This document shows, in pieces, positions 10,893 through 19,281 of a stretch of 64,000 nt of DNA. The notes under the pieces are model-generated. The model saw only the letters and a program-made list of their open reading frames with translations. It was not told the origin of the DNA and did no database searches. Position numbers and translations under genes: made by a program. Each line of letters begins with the position of its first letter. Positions within the stretch are counted from its first letter, which is position 1. The stretch comes from Bacteroidota bacterium (GTDB taxonomy: Bacteria > Bacteroidota > Bacteroidia > NS11-12g > UBA955): assembly GCA_027490055.1 (NCBI GenBank), contig JAIXYV010000085.1:543-64542 (forward strand), in the 5' to 3' direction.

Positions 10893-10925
10893 TCCACTTT
10901 TCTCCACTTTTCTCCACTTTGTGGA
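10893..10925 (-). promoter_or_regulatory. Putative MraZ operator: three AAAGTGGA direct repeats at 10-bp phasing plus one inverted GTGGA
   Basis: The plus strand shows TCCACTTT at 10893-10900, 10903-10910 and 10913-10920, followed by GTGGA at 10921-10925. The site begins 42 nt upstream of the mraZ ATG. Confidence 0.6.
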
Positions 10926-11046
10926 AAATTATTTTTCAACAGTGGTTTATATCGCTGATAATGTGATAATTAAAGCGTTCTGATTCTGAGCGAATCGAAA
11001 ATGAAATTGATCGATATTTGTTAAATGAAAGCCCGATATTTGTAAA

Positions 11047-11991
11047 ATGTCTAAAAAAATACTGCTTATTGTTCTCTTAACTTTTATCAGTCAAAATATC
11101 AAATCTCAAGGCTGCAGCGATGCCGGTTTATGTACCGCCGGAAGCATGAAAGATAATGGCGAAGACGACGAGAAATGGCGCTTCGGATTAAACTCACAAT
11201 ACGGTCAGGGCGACCAGAAAGTAGATATTTTTACACAACAACTGGAAATTAGCAGACGCTTTTCAGACAAATTACTGGTGCAAGTAAAAATGCCATGGAT
11301 CAATACCTCTGGCAATCTGGGCTCTAATCAGGGTATCGGCGATTTAGTTTTAACAGGCAATTATAAGCACCGCGTTTCGAATAATTTAATTTACAATATT
11401 AATCTGGGTTTCAGAGTGCCAACGGGTAAATCAGGTGCTGGAAATATTGATGTTTTTAACAATCCAGGACCGCCAACTAGTTTACCTATGCCTTATCAAA
11501 CTGGCTTAGGCACATTCGATGTATTAACAGGCATGGACATCCGTTACAATTCCGTCTGGCAATTTGCACTTGGTTTTCAACTGCCATTAATACAAAATAA
11601 TGCCAACAACTTCAATCCTTTTTATGCCAGCAAGATCCCGAATGCTTCAGGATATTTTTACTCTACTAATTTAAAACGTCAAGCAGATATCGTGGCCCGA
11701 ATTGAAAAGAAATTTGAATTGAATAAATCGCTTGCCTTGTTCGCAAATATTATTCCGATTTACCATGCGGGAGACGATGAATATAGCACATACAATGGCG
11801 CTAAGGAAGTTTATAAGCAGTCGTCGGGACTGACACTAAACACAGGAGCAGGCCTCATAGCAGAGCTTTCTAAAGCCAGCGTTATGCGACTAAGTTTTGC
11901 TGCGCCAGTAATTACCAGAAAAGAAAGACCCGATGGCTTAACCAGACATTTTGTTGCCGGAATAGAATGGCATTATAAACTCATTCATTAA
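11047..11991 (+). CDS. Putative outer-membrane beta-barrel protein (transporter/MetA-pathway-like), secreted
   Basis: 314 aa. Signal peptide MSKKILLIVLLTFISQNIKSQ. Alternating beta-strand-like pattern and a GIGDLVL motif. The family assignment is tentative. Confidence 0.5.
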   Translation: MSKKILLIVLLTFISQNIKSQGCSDAGLCTAGSMKDNGEDDEKWRFGLNSQYGQGDQKVDIFTQQLEISRRFSDKLLVQVKMPWINTSGNLGSNQGIGDLVLTGNYKHRVSNNLIYNINLGFRVPTGKSGAGNIDVFNNPGPPTSLPMPYQTGLGTFDVLTGMDIRYNSVWQFALGFQLPLIQNNANNFNPFYASKIPNASGYFYSTNLKRQADIVARIEKKFELNKSLALFANIIPIYHAGDDEYSTYNGAKEVYKQSSGLTLNTGAGLIAELSKASVMRLSFAAPVITRKERPDGLTRHFVAGIEWHYKLIH

Positions 11992-12452
11992 TCGAATAAC
12001 TCTGTTCGGTTATAGACAATATAATCGGATACCATTGCCTGTTTACCCTCTGCTACTAAAAGCTGATTGATCTGACCACGGTGGTAGGAACTGTGATTGA
12101 ATAAATGTAAAAACATCTCTTTTATTGTATTCGAAAAACGCTGTCTTTTTGTATTGACATAGGTAATACTGTCTGACAATGATCGCTCCCTTAAAATCTC
12201 GCTGCTAATTCTTCTGTTGCTTTCTATCTGCTCCAGTAATTCGCTGTACGGTCTTATCGCAAATACTTTTACAGACATACTTTTGCCAGTCATACGCTCC
12301 AGCCAGATCTGATGAGCACTCACTATATGCGACATTAGTTCGGCAATGCGTTCAGAGGCTGGATTTTCCTGTATAAGATGCTGTACAAAATCAGCATTCA
12401 CCCTGGCATTGTAATCGTTCATCTCTTCGAGTAGTTGAATGGCTTCTGTCAT
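11988..12452 (-). CDS. DinB-family (four-helix bundle, metal-binding) protein
   Basis: Contains HxxxH-type segments and the C-terminal SSYHRGQINQLL signature of DinB/YfiT-like proteins. The ATG at 12452 is preferred over the GTG at 12467 given in the ORF track. Confidence 0.7.
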   Translation of the reverse strand: MTEAIQLLEEMNDYNARVNADFVQHLIQENPASERIAELMSHIVSAHQIWLERMTGKSMSVKVFAIRPYSELLEQIESNRRISSEILRERSLSDSITYVNTKRQRFSNTIKEMFLHLFNHSSYHRGQINQLLVAEGKQAMVSDYIVYNRTELFD

Positions 12453-12591
12453 ACAACAAAAATACACCGATTAAGGGAAATACGCTTGCCATTTTTTCAA
12501 CTTACTCAACCCATTTTGCGGATTCTTTATGAAATTTTTACTTTTTAAACCAATTTTTTTGTTTAAATTTGTAAAGAATTTTCTTACACAA

Positions 12592-12903
12592 ATGGTTCGG
12601 ATCTATGATTATTATGGTTTAGAAGTCTATTTTATTAATAAGGCCGAATTACCAATTGTTGTTTATGCCCGTCGTAATGACACTGAGAGCGCCATGTCCA
12701 TTACCTTTAAAAATGGCCTGGTAGACGATATTCATTTTATTCCGGTTGAAAAAGAACTGGATCCTGAAGACCGCGAACTGTTTCACTTACTGGTTGAAAG
12801 AAATATCTCCGACATTATTAAAGCCTGGCTGGATGTTTTCCTTTATAAAAAGTCTGTTGAACTGGAGGTTATTAAATCCAATATCCGCTCAGAATCTAAT
12901 TAA
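12592..12903 (+). CDS. Hypothetical protein (about 103 aa)
   Basis: ORF 12529-12903. A TAAATTTG -7 box at 12564-12571 lies inside the long version, so the ATG at 12592 (MVRIYDYYGLEVYF...) is the likelier start. No motif recognised with confidence. Confidence 0.4.
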   Translation: MVRIYDYYGLEVYFINKAELPIVVYARRNDTESAMSITFKNGLVDDIHFIPVEKELDPEDRELFHLLVERNISDIIKAWLDVFLYKKSVELEVIKSNIRSESN

Positions 12904-12910
12904 AAAAAAA

Positions 12911-12936
12911 CAGGGATTAGTTTTCACCAATCCCTG
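12911..12936 (-). terminator. Intrinsic terminator of the acyl-CoA dehydrogenase gene
   Basis: CAGGGATT-N10-AATCCCTG perfect 8-bp stem. On the minus strand it is followed by a 9-nt U run (A9 at 12902-12910 on plus). Confidence 0.7.
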
Positions 12937-12959
12937 CTCCTTATAGCATCTGTTAAGTC

Positions 12960-14099
12960 TTATTTCAAAATATCTCTTGAAATAACAACTCTTTGTACTT
13001 CACTTGTACCTTCGTAGATCTGAGTGATCTTAGCATCACGCATTAAACGCTCTACGTGGTATTCTTTTACATAACCGTAACCACCGTGAATCTGAACCGC
13101 TTCAACAGCTGTTTTCATCGCTACTTCAGAAGAAAATAACTTAGCCATACTGCTGGCTCTGCCATAATCCATGTGGTTGTCTTTTAACCAGGCTGCTTTT
13201 AAACATAACATTCTGGCTGCTTCAATTTCAGTTGCCATATCGGCTAATTTAAACTGAATAGCCTGGTGGTTCATGATTTCTGTTCCGAAAGCTTTTCTTT
13301 CTTTAGCGTATTTCAATGACAATTCGTATGCGCCACTTGCAATACCTAAGGCCTGAGCAGCAATACCAATTCTGCCACCAGTTAAGGTCTTCATCGCAAA
13401 TTTGAAACCGAAACCATCTTCACCAATTCTGTTAGCTTTTGGTACTTTAACATCGGTAAACATTAGAGAGTGTGTGTCACTACCTCTGATACCCATTTTA
13501 TCTTCTTTCTTACCTACTACAAAACCTTCCATGCCAGCTTCAACGATAAAAGCATTGATACCTTTATGTCCAGCCTCTACATTGGTTTGAGCAATTACTA
13601 AGTAGATAGAAGCAGTCTTACCATTGGTAATCCAGTTTTTTGTACCGTTCAGTAAATAATAGTCGCCCATATCTACTGCAGTGGTTCTTTGTGAAGTGGC
13701 ATCACTACCAGCTTCAGGCTCACTTAAACAAAAAGCGCCGTGTACTTCGCCTTTTGCCAATGGCACAAGATATTTCATCTTTTGCTCTTCTGAACCGAAG
13801 TTTTCTAAACCCCAGCAAACAAGAGAGTTATTGACTGATACAACTACTGATGCAGAGGCATCAACCTTTGACAATTCTTCCATTGCCAATACATAGCTGA
13901 CAGTGTCCATACCGCTTCCGCCGTATTTTGGATCTACCATCATACCCAGGAAACCAAGTTCACCAAGCTTCTTAATCTGCTCAGCTGGAAACTCCTGATT
14001 ATTGTCACGTTCAATCACTCCCGGCAGCAATTCTGTTTGGGCAAAATCCCTGGCGGCCTGCTGCACTGCCAATTGTTCTTCTGTTAATTCGAAATTCAT
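12960..14099 (-). CDS. Acyl-CoA dehydrogenase (short/branched-chain type)
   Basis: 379 aa. Typical ACAD layout: ...GFLGMMVDPKYGGSG..., CLSEPEAGSD, and C-terminal QIYEGTSEVQR with the catalytic Glu context. Confidence 0.9.
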   Translation of the reverse strand: MNFELTEEQLAVQQAARDFAQTELLPGVIERDNNQEFPAEQIKKLGELGFLGMMVDPKYGGSGMDTVSYVLAMEELSKVDASASVVVSVNNSLVCWGLENFGSEEQKMKYLVPLAKGEVHGAFCLSEPEAGSDATSQRTTAVDMGDYYLLNGTKNWITNGKTASIYLVIAQTNVEAGHKGINAFIVEAGMEGFVVGKKEDKMGIRGSDTHSLMFTDVKVPKANRIGEDGFGFKFAMKTLTGGRIGIAAQALGIASGAYELSLKYAKERKAFGTEIMNHQAIQFKLADMATEIEAARMLCLKAAWLKDNHMDYGRASSMAKLFSSEVAMKTAVEAVQIHGGYGYVKEYHVERLMRDAKITQIYEGTSEVQRVVISRDILK

Positions 14100-14107
14100 T
14101 GCGGGTG

Positions 14108-14115
14108 CAAAAATA
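14108..14115 (-). promoter_or_regulatory. Candidate -7 box (TATTTTTG on minus) for the acyl-CoA dehydrogenase gene
   Basis: Matches the Bacteroidota TAnnTTTG element, 8 nt upstream of the ATG at 14099. No clear -33 TTTG. Confidence 0.3.
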
Positions 14116-14208
14116 CAAGTTTATTGTTTTAATAAAAATCTCGTGTTAGCATTTTTTTAAAAAATTCGGCTTCTTTCAGAATTTACTCGCCTTCTTGGCT
14201 GAATTCCT

Positions 14209-14216
14209 TAATTTTG
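14209..14216 (+). promoter_or_regulatory. Candidate -7 box (TAATTTTG) for lplA
   Basis: Matches TAnnTTTG, ending 7 nt before the lplA ATG at 14224. No well-spaced -33 element. Confidence 0.3.
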
Positions 14217-14223
14217 CAGCCCA

Positions 14224-15216
14224 ATGCTGATTATAAAAAATCCTTATACTGACCCCTATTTTAATCTGGCGGCTGAAGAATACCTGCTCAAAAATTTTGA
14301 TGATGATATCTTCACCCTGTGGCGCAACGAAAATGCTATCATTGTTGGAAAACACCAGAATACGCTGGCTGAAATCAACCTGGACTATGTACAAGAGCAA
14401 AAAGTAAACGTGGTTAGACGCCTCTCTGGTGGCGGTGCTGTGTTCCACGACCTGGGGAATCTTAACTTTACCTTTATTAGTAATGCCCTCAATAAAGACG
14501 AAATTAAAATCGACTTTAAACACTATACCATGCCCATCATCGAAGTGCTGAAAACCCTTGGTGTTAATGCCGAATTTAGTGGTAGAAACGACCTTCTAAT
14601 CGATGGCATGAAATTCAGTGGCAATGCCGAACACATCTACCACCAGAAAAAACGCACCTTGCACCACGGTACTCTGTTATTTACCTCTCAGATTGCTGAT
14701 CTCTCTGCAGCGCTTAAAGTAAACCCGCTGAAGTTCCAGGACAAAGCCGTAAAATCTGTCAGAAGTCGCGTTACCAATATCAGCTCACACCTCGAAAAAC
14801 CAATTAGTGTTACCGAGTTCTACGACCTAATTATTCAATACATCGCTGGTAAATACGAGGATGTTAAATTTTACGAATACACACCCGAAGATACTGCTGC
14901 CATTACTAAGCTGGCCGATGAAAAATACCGCACCTGGGAATGGAATTTTGGCTACTCGCCAAAATATACCTTTAGAAAAATGATTAAAACTGAAGGTGGT
15001 AGTATCGAAGTTTATATCAATGTCGATAAAGGTAATATCACCGAATTTAAATTCTACGGCGACTTCTTCAATGTAAAGGATAAAGAAGATATCGAACAAG
15101 CGCTTATTGGCTGCAGACACAATACAGAGGCTATCCGCGAAGTGCTTTCTTCTTTTGAGATTCCTCAGTACTTTAACAATACCTCGACCGAGGAATTGTT
15201 ATCAGGTATGTTTTGA
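14224..15216 (+). CDS. lplA: Lipoate--protein ligase
   Basis: 330 aa. NPYFNLAAEEYLL N-terminus and the RRLSGGGAVFHDLGNLNFTFI motif of LplA/LipB-fold ligases. Confidence 0.9.
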   Translation: MLIIKNPYTDPYFNLAAEEYLLKNFDDDIFTLWRNENAIIVGKHQNTLAEINLDYVQEQKVNVVRRLSGGGAVFHDLGNLNFTFISNALNKDEIKIDFKHYTMPIIEVLKTLGVNAEFSGRNDLLIDGMKFSGNAEHIYHQKKRTLHHGTLLFTSQIADLSAALKVNPLKFQDKAVKSVRSRVTNISSHLEKPISVTEFYDLIIQYIAGKYEDVKFYEYTPEDTAAITKLADEKYRTWEWNFGYSPKYTFRKMIKTEGGSIEVYINVDKGNITEFKFYGDFFNVKDKEDIEQALIGCRHNTEAIREVLSSFEIPQYFNNTSTEELLSGMF

Positions 15217-16119
15217 TTTTCCTGAACGGGGATGGTATAAACGTATTGTTTCTTTGAGGTACGATCTGTCTAAATGGGTATATATTTCGGTTGTCGTGAT
15301 GCTCTCGTGACCCAACATTTGCTGAACAGCTCTTAAATCGGCTCCCCCTTCTACCAAACAGGTGGCAAAAGAGTGCCTGAAGGTATGCGGACTGATGTTC
15401 TTGCGTATGCCAGCAGCGGCGGCCAGCGACTTAATGATTTTAAAGACAGAGACTCTGCTTATGCCTCCTCCAAGGTGATTGATAAAGACCGTATCAGAAA
15501 ACTTCTTTTGTAATTTTAAATGCACCCTGGTTTCGTTGATATAAATCTGAATGGCTTTTAAAGCGGCTTGTCCGATTGGCACCAGGCGCTCTTTATTACC
15601 CTTGCCCCTTACTTTGATAAATTCATCTTTGAAGTACACTTCAGAAATATTTAAGCCTATCAGCTCACTCACCCTCAAACCACTGCTGAACAAGGTTTCT
15701 AGCATTGCTTTGTCGCGATGACCCATTGGCTTACTCATATCAATCTGCCCTATCATGGCATTTATCTCGTCGAGACCTAAGACCTCGGGCAATTTACGTG
15801 CCTGCTTGGGCATCTCTAAAAACAAAGTGGGATCATTCTGAAGCAGATCCTCCAGTAAAAGGTATTTGTAAAATGCCCGAAGGCCGCTGATCATGCGCGC
15901 CTGACTGGAAGAAGCGACGCCCGCAGCATGCAGAGATGAGACATAAGCCAACAAATTTTCGTAGGTAACCAGCAAGGGACCGATGCCATTGGCCTCGCGG
16001 TTCAGAAAGTTTTCAAAACATTTAATGTCGTGGAGGTAAGCCGAAATACTGTTTTTTGACAGCGATTTCTCTAACAGTAAGTATTGTTTAAACCCTATGC
16101 CGGCACTGCGCCAATCCAT
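15202..16119 (-). CDS. xerD: Site-specific tyrosine recombinase XerD
   Basis: 305 aa. The N-terminal SAM-like domain (LSKNSISAYLHDIKCFENFL) and the catalytic R..HxxR..Y layout (HTFRHSFATCLVEGGADLR... EIYTH) are typical of chromosomal XerD. Confidence 0.85.
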   Translation of the reverse strand: MDWRSAGIGFKQYLLLEKSLSKNSISAYLHDIKCFENFLNREANGIGPLLVTYENLLAYVSSLHAAGVASSSQARMISGLRAFYKYLLLEDLLQNDPTLFLEMPKQARKLPEVLGLDEINAMIGQIDMSKPMGHRDKAMLETLFSSGLRVSELIGLNISEVYFKDEFIKVRGKGNKERLVPIGQAALKAIQIYINETRVHLKLQKKFSDTVFINHLGGGISRVSVFKIIKSLAAAAGIRKNISPHTFRHSFATCLVEGGADLRAVQQMLGHESITTTEIYTHLDRSYLKETIRLYHPRSGKSKHT

Positions 16120-16964
16120 TATTTCACATGCACTTCACGAACATTGACAACCTCGCCCGAAGCAACATCCGTTACCACACAAACAAGACGACAATTGTCG
16201 ATATTATACTCAGTCGGAATAGTATAGTCTAATTGCTTATCAAAAGTTCTGCCTGGTACCAGAGTACCCGCTAAGGCATTGCCAAGAGGATTGCCAAAAG
16301 CATAACGCAAGGCATGGTTGTGTACATAATTTTCAGGATCGCTTGCACCTGTCTGTTTGCTTACAATACCGTCTTCAATCAAGTATAATGCGTATTTATG
16401 ATCACCTGCTACAGAAGAGGTGTATTGCATTTTCAGATTAACTGTTACCTGTCTTGCACTCAGTGATTTTTGAATCTCGATATTCACCGGAGTTGACATT
16501 TTTAAACGTTGATTCACCAAATTTTTCCAGGCCGTATAGGCATAGAAGCGAACTGTCTGAGGTGCAAATATCGCTCTGTCTACGTAGCCACTTGGCAACC
16601 CACTGGGAATGCCATAAAAATCTACCATATTAGAAGCGATAGTTGTATTTAGCAATGGAAATCCATCCCAGGGGGTGGTAAAATTAGCCAGCTGGTTAAT
16701 GTACAAAGCCATTACCACCACACTGTCTTCGGTTTTTTCAGTTACTATTTCTTTTGCTTTTGCAGCCGCTTGAGGACAATTAACACATCTAACGCCTGTG
16801 ATATCTTCTATCAAGACGGCCTTGTGCTGAGGAGCTGGCACAGTGCCAACGATATAAGTGGTATCTTTTGTCTTATAAGGATCGTTAAAATCGATGTATG
16901 GCGGTATTTCCTCACATGCTGAAAACAACAAAACAAAACTCAGGGCAACAACAAAATGTTTCAT
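16119..16964 (-). CDS. Omp28-related thioredoxin-fold outer-membrane lipoprotein
   Basis: 281 aa. Lipoprotein signal ...LLFSAC. LIEDITGVRCVNCPQ resembles the Omp28-family CxxC region. TAATG junction with the xerD start. Confidence 0.5.
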   Translation of the reverse strand: MKHFVVALSFVLLFSACEEIPPYIDFNDPYKTKDTTYIVGTVPAPQHKAVLIEDITGVRCVNCPQAAAKAKEIVTEKTEDSVVVMALYINQLANFTTPWDGFPLLNTTIASNMVDFYGIPSGLPSGYVDRAIFAPQTVRFYAYTAWKNLVNQRLKMSTPVNIEIQKSLSARQVTVNLKMQYTSSVAGDHKYALYLIEDGIVSKQTGASDPENYVHNHALRYAFGNPLGNALAGTLVPGRTFDKQLDYTIPTEYNIDNCRLVCVVTDVASGEVVNVREVHVK

Positions 16965-17023
16965 ATTACAAAAATACTACATCATCAGTAAAAAAACTAC
17001 TATTTTTGAATCAGCACAATTAT

Positions 17024-17410
17024 ATGGCTAAATCACCCTTATTACGATCGTTTGGCTATGCCTTTAAAGGCTTTAAAGCCGCTTACACTGAGCGAAATTT
17101 CAAGCTTCACCTGGTATCTGCCTCTCTTGCAATTATCACTGGCTTTATCTCTCAGCTTAGCGTCGTTCAATGGTGTATTATACTGATTTGTATTGCAGGC
17201 GTTCTCACCTTAGAACTCATCAACACGGCCATCGAACACCTGGTCAATTTAGTTTCCCCAGAATACAACGAAACAGCTGGCAAAGTCAAAGACATCTCGG
17301 CAGCCGCTGTTTTATGCTTTTCTATCGCTAGTTTTATCATCGCTCTGATCATATTCATTCCGCGCCTTTACACACTGTATTTCGACCCACTTTATGCCTG
17401 TCAGGGCTAA
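17024..17410 (+). CDS. dgkA: Diacylglycerol/undecaprenol kinase DgkA
   Basis: 128 aa from the ATG at 17024 (MAKSPLLRSFGYAFKGFK...). LELINTAIEHLVNLVSPE and KDISAAAV motifs. The longer ORF-track version (16898) overlaps the divergent Omp28-like gene. Confidence 0.85.
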   Translation: MAKSPLLRSFGYAFKGFKAAYTERNFKLHLVSASLAIITGFISQLSVVQWCIILICIAGVLTLELINTAIEHLVNLVSPEYNETAGKVKDISAAAVLCFSIASFIIALIIFIPRLYTLYFDPLYACQG

Positions 17411-17432
17411 ACGGATTAAGTTTGGGCTTTGT

Positions 17433-17462
17433 TTTGCAAAAAAGAAAAAAGCCTTATCTTTG
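17433..17462 (+). promoter_or_regulatory. Bacteroidota sigma-A type promoter for the tRNA-Leu pair
   Basis: TTTG (17433-17436), an 18-nt spacer, then TATCTTTG (17455-17462). The -7 box ends 11 nt before the first tRNA. Confidence 0.5.
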
Positions 17463-17473
17463 CCCCCCGCATT

Positions 17474-17557
17474 GCCCATGTGGTGAAATTGGTAGACATG
17501 CCATCTTGAGGGGGTGGTGACCGAAAGGTCGTGCAAGTTCGAATCTTGTCGTGGGCA
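17474..17557 (+). tRNA. tRNA-Leu (anticodon GAG)
   Basis: 84-nt class II cloverleaf folded by hand. Acceptor GCCCATG/CGTGGGC, anticodon stem CCATC/GGTGG with loop TTGAGGG, long variable arm TGACCGAAAGGTCG, T-loop TTCGAAT. CCA not encoded. Confidence 0.85.
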
Positions 17558-17578
17558 CTCACAGTTCTTACAATCAAT

Positions 17579-17660
17579 GCCCGGATGGCGAAATTGGTAA
17601 ACGTTGCGGTCTCAGAAGCCGTTGGATTAATCCTTGAGAGTTCGAGTCTCTCTTCGGGCA
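17579..17660 (+). tRNA. tRNA-Leu (anticodon CAG)
   Basis: 82-nt class II cloverleaf. Acceptor GCCCGGA/TTCGGGC, anticodon loop CTCAGAA, variable arm with stem GGATT/AATCC, T arm GAGAG-TTCGAGT-CTCTC. Confidence 0.85.
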
Positions 17661-17661
17661 C

Positions 17662-17696
17662 AAAAAAACCCCATTGCTTGCAGTGGGGTTTTTTTA
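17662..17696. terminator. Bidirectional intrinsic terminator (tRNA pair on plus, GH3 gene on minus)
   Basis: A7-CCCCA-loop-TGGGG-T7: a hairpin flanked by an A run and a T run, lying between convergent transcription units. Confidence 0.75.
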
Positions 17697-17709
17697 TGTC
17701 TAAAAATCC

Positions 17710-19233
17710 TTAATCTGATCGTCTGCCAGTTTGCTCCAATATCTCTTCCAATACTACTCTATTATTGCTCAAACGTGGTACTTTATGCTGTCCGCCTAAC
17801 TTGCCTTTGCCCTTTAGCCAGTTGTAAAAAGTATTGCTTGGCACAGATTGTATACGTGGCATCTTTAAGGCTATGTCCTTATGTCGCTTGGCTTCGTAAT
17901 CGCTGTTAATCTCTTTCAGTTTTGTGTCTAGCGCCGATGCAAAATCGTGAATACTATGTGGCTCTGTTTCGAACTCTATCAGCCATTCGTGGCCGGCATG
18001 ATCTTCTTTGTCTAAATAAATTGGCGCGGCTGTATACTCCCTCACCTTGCTATCTGTTACTGCGCAGGCATGTGCAATGGCCTTCTCGGCATTGTCTATC
18101 ACAACCTCTTCGCCAAAGGCATTGATGAATAATTTTGTGCGACCGGTAATGGTGAATTTATATGGATTAACCGATGAGAAAGTAATCGTATCGCCTAACT
18201 GATAACGCCACAATCCACTGTTGTTACTAATTACCACAGCATAATTGACGCCCATTTCTACTTCACTCAATAAATACGTACGAGGATGCTCACTCTCTAA
18301 ATCACTCACTTTAATGAACTCGTAAAAAATGCCATAATCAGGCATTAATAACATCGACGAATCATTAAGGTCGTTCTGCATGCCGAAGAATCCTTCACTG
18401 GCATTATAGGTTTCCATATAGCGCATCTGACTATTGCCAATCATCTTGGCAAACACATCGCGATAAGGCGCAAAACTGACACCTCCATGTATATACAATT
18501 GCAGATTAGGCCATACTTCAGAAATATTATCGACGCCTTTCATGGCCATTAGCTTCTCTAACAATACCAGCGTCCAGGTTGGCACACCAGAGATATTTGT
18601 AACATTCTCATGTATCACCTGATTGGCCATTTTCTCAAGCTTCAATTCCCAGTCGTCCATCAGGGCAATCGATTTATCTGGTGTCTTTAATAAATTGGCC
18701 CAGGTAGGCATATTGTTCATCAACACCGCACTTAAATCGCCGTAAAATGAACTTTCATTAAATGAATTTATCTTGTGAGAACCGCCTATCAGTAAACTCT
18801 TTCCTGAAAATATTTCGGTCTCAGGCGTATTCAGACAGTAATAGGTCAGTAAATCTTTGCCACCCTGAAAATGACATTCCTCCAAAGTTTCATAACTCAC
18901 CGGAATGAACTTACTCTTATCGTTGGTTGTGCCGCTGCTCTTGGCAAACCAGATAATCTCTCCTGGCCATAACACATCGGGCTCTCCTTTCATTACACGC
19001 TCTATGTAAGGCTTTAAAGTTTCGTAATCCTGAACTGGAAAACGCTCCCTGAAATCGTTATACGATTGTATGCTTCTGAAATCAAATTGCTTTCCCCATT
19101 CGGTATCTCTGGCATCCGATACCAGCCTCTTCATCACAGCAGCCTGAGTGTCACCGGCATTTTTAATACCGTTCTCAAGAGACGCCAGTCGCTTCCTGAA
19201 ATACCAACTCATCATCGTGCTGAAAACCGCCAT
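17710..19233 (-). CDS. GH3 (auxin-responsive promoter) family acyl-adenylate-forming enzyme homolog
   Basis: 507 aa. The overall pattern (FRERFPVQDYETLKPYIERV..., SSGTT..KFIP, YNASEGFFG) matches the GH3 superfamily as found in Bacteroidota. Confidence 0.75.
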   Translation of the reverse strand: MAVFSTMMSWYFRKRLASLENGIKNAGDTQAAVMKRLVSDARDTEWGKQFDFRSIQSYNDFRERFPVQDYETLKPYIERVMKGEPDVLWPGEIIWFAKSSGTTNDKSKFIPVSYETLEECHFQGGKDLLTYYCLNTPETEIFSGKSLLIGGSHKINSFNESSFYGDLSAVLMNNMPTWANLLKTPDKSIALMDDWELKLEKMANQVIHENVTNISGVPTWTLVLLEKLMAMKGVDNISEVWPNLQLYIHGGVSFAPYRDVFAKMIGNSQMRYMETYNASEGFFGMQNDLNDSSMLLMPDYGIFYEFIKVSDLESEHPRTYLLSEVEMGVNYAVVISNNSGLWRYQLGDTITFSSVNPYKFTITGRTKLFINAFGEEVVIDNAEKAIAHACAVTDSKVREYTAAPIYLDKEDHAGHEWLIEFETEPHSIHDFASALDTKLKEINSDYEAKRHKDIALKMPRIQSVPSNTFYNWLKGKGKLGGQHKVPRLSNNRVVLEEILEQTGRRSD

Positions 19234-19263
19234 GTCTTAATTTTAAGGAGAAAATTTGTATGG

Positions 19264-19271
19264 CAAAGATA
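19264..19271 (-). promoter_or_regulatory. Candidate -7 box (TATCTTTG on minus) for the GH3 gene
   Basis: TAnnTTTG match 30 nt upstream of the ATG at 19233. No clear -33 element. Confidence 0.3.
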
Positions 19272-19281
19272 GTTTTAAAAA

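Noticed and set aside
16898-17023. N-terminal 42-aa extension of dgkA given by the ORF track.
   Set aside because: It would overlap the divergent Omp28-like gene by 67 nt. DgkA homology begins at the ATG at 17024, which gives the normal length of about 128 aa.
15202-17660. A tyrosine recombinase 1.4 kb from tRNA genes as a marker of an integrated island.
   Set aside because: The recombinase has the typical chromosomal XerD architecture and is translationally coupled to a housekeeping-looking lipoprotein gene. No att-like duplication of a tRNA 3' end was found.
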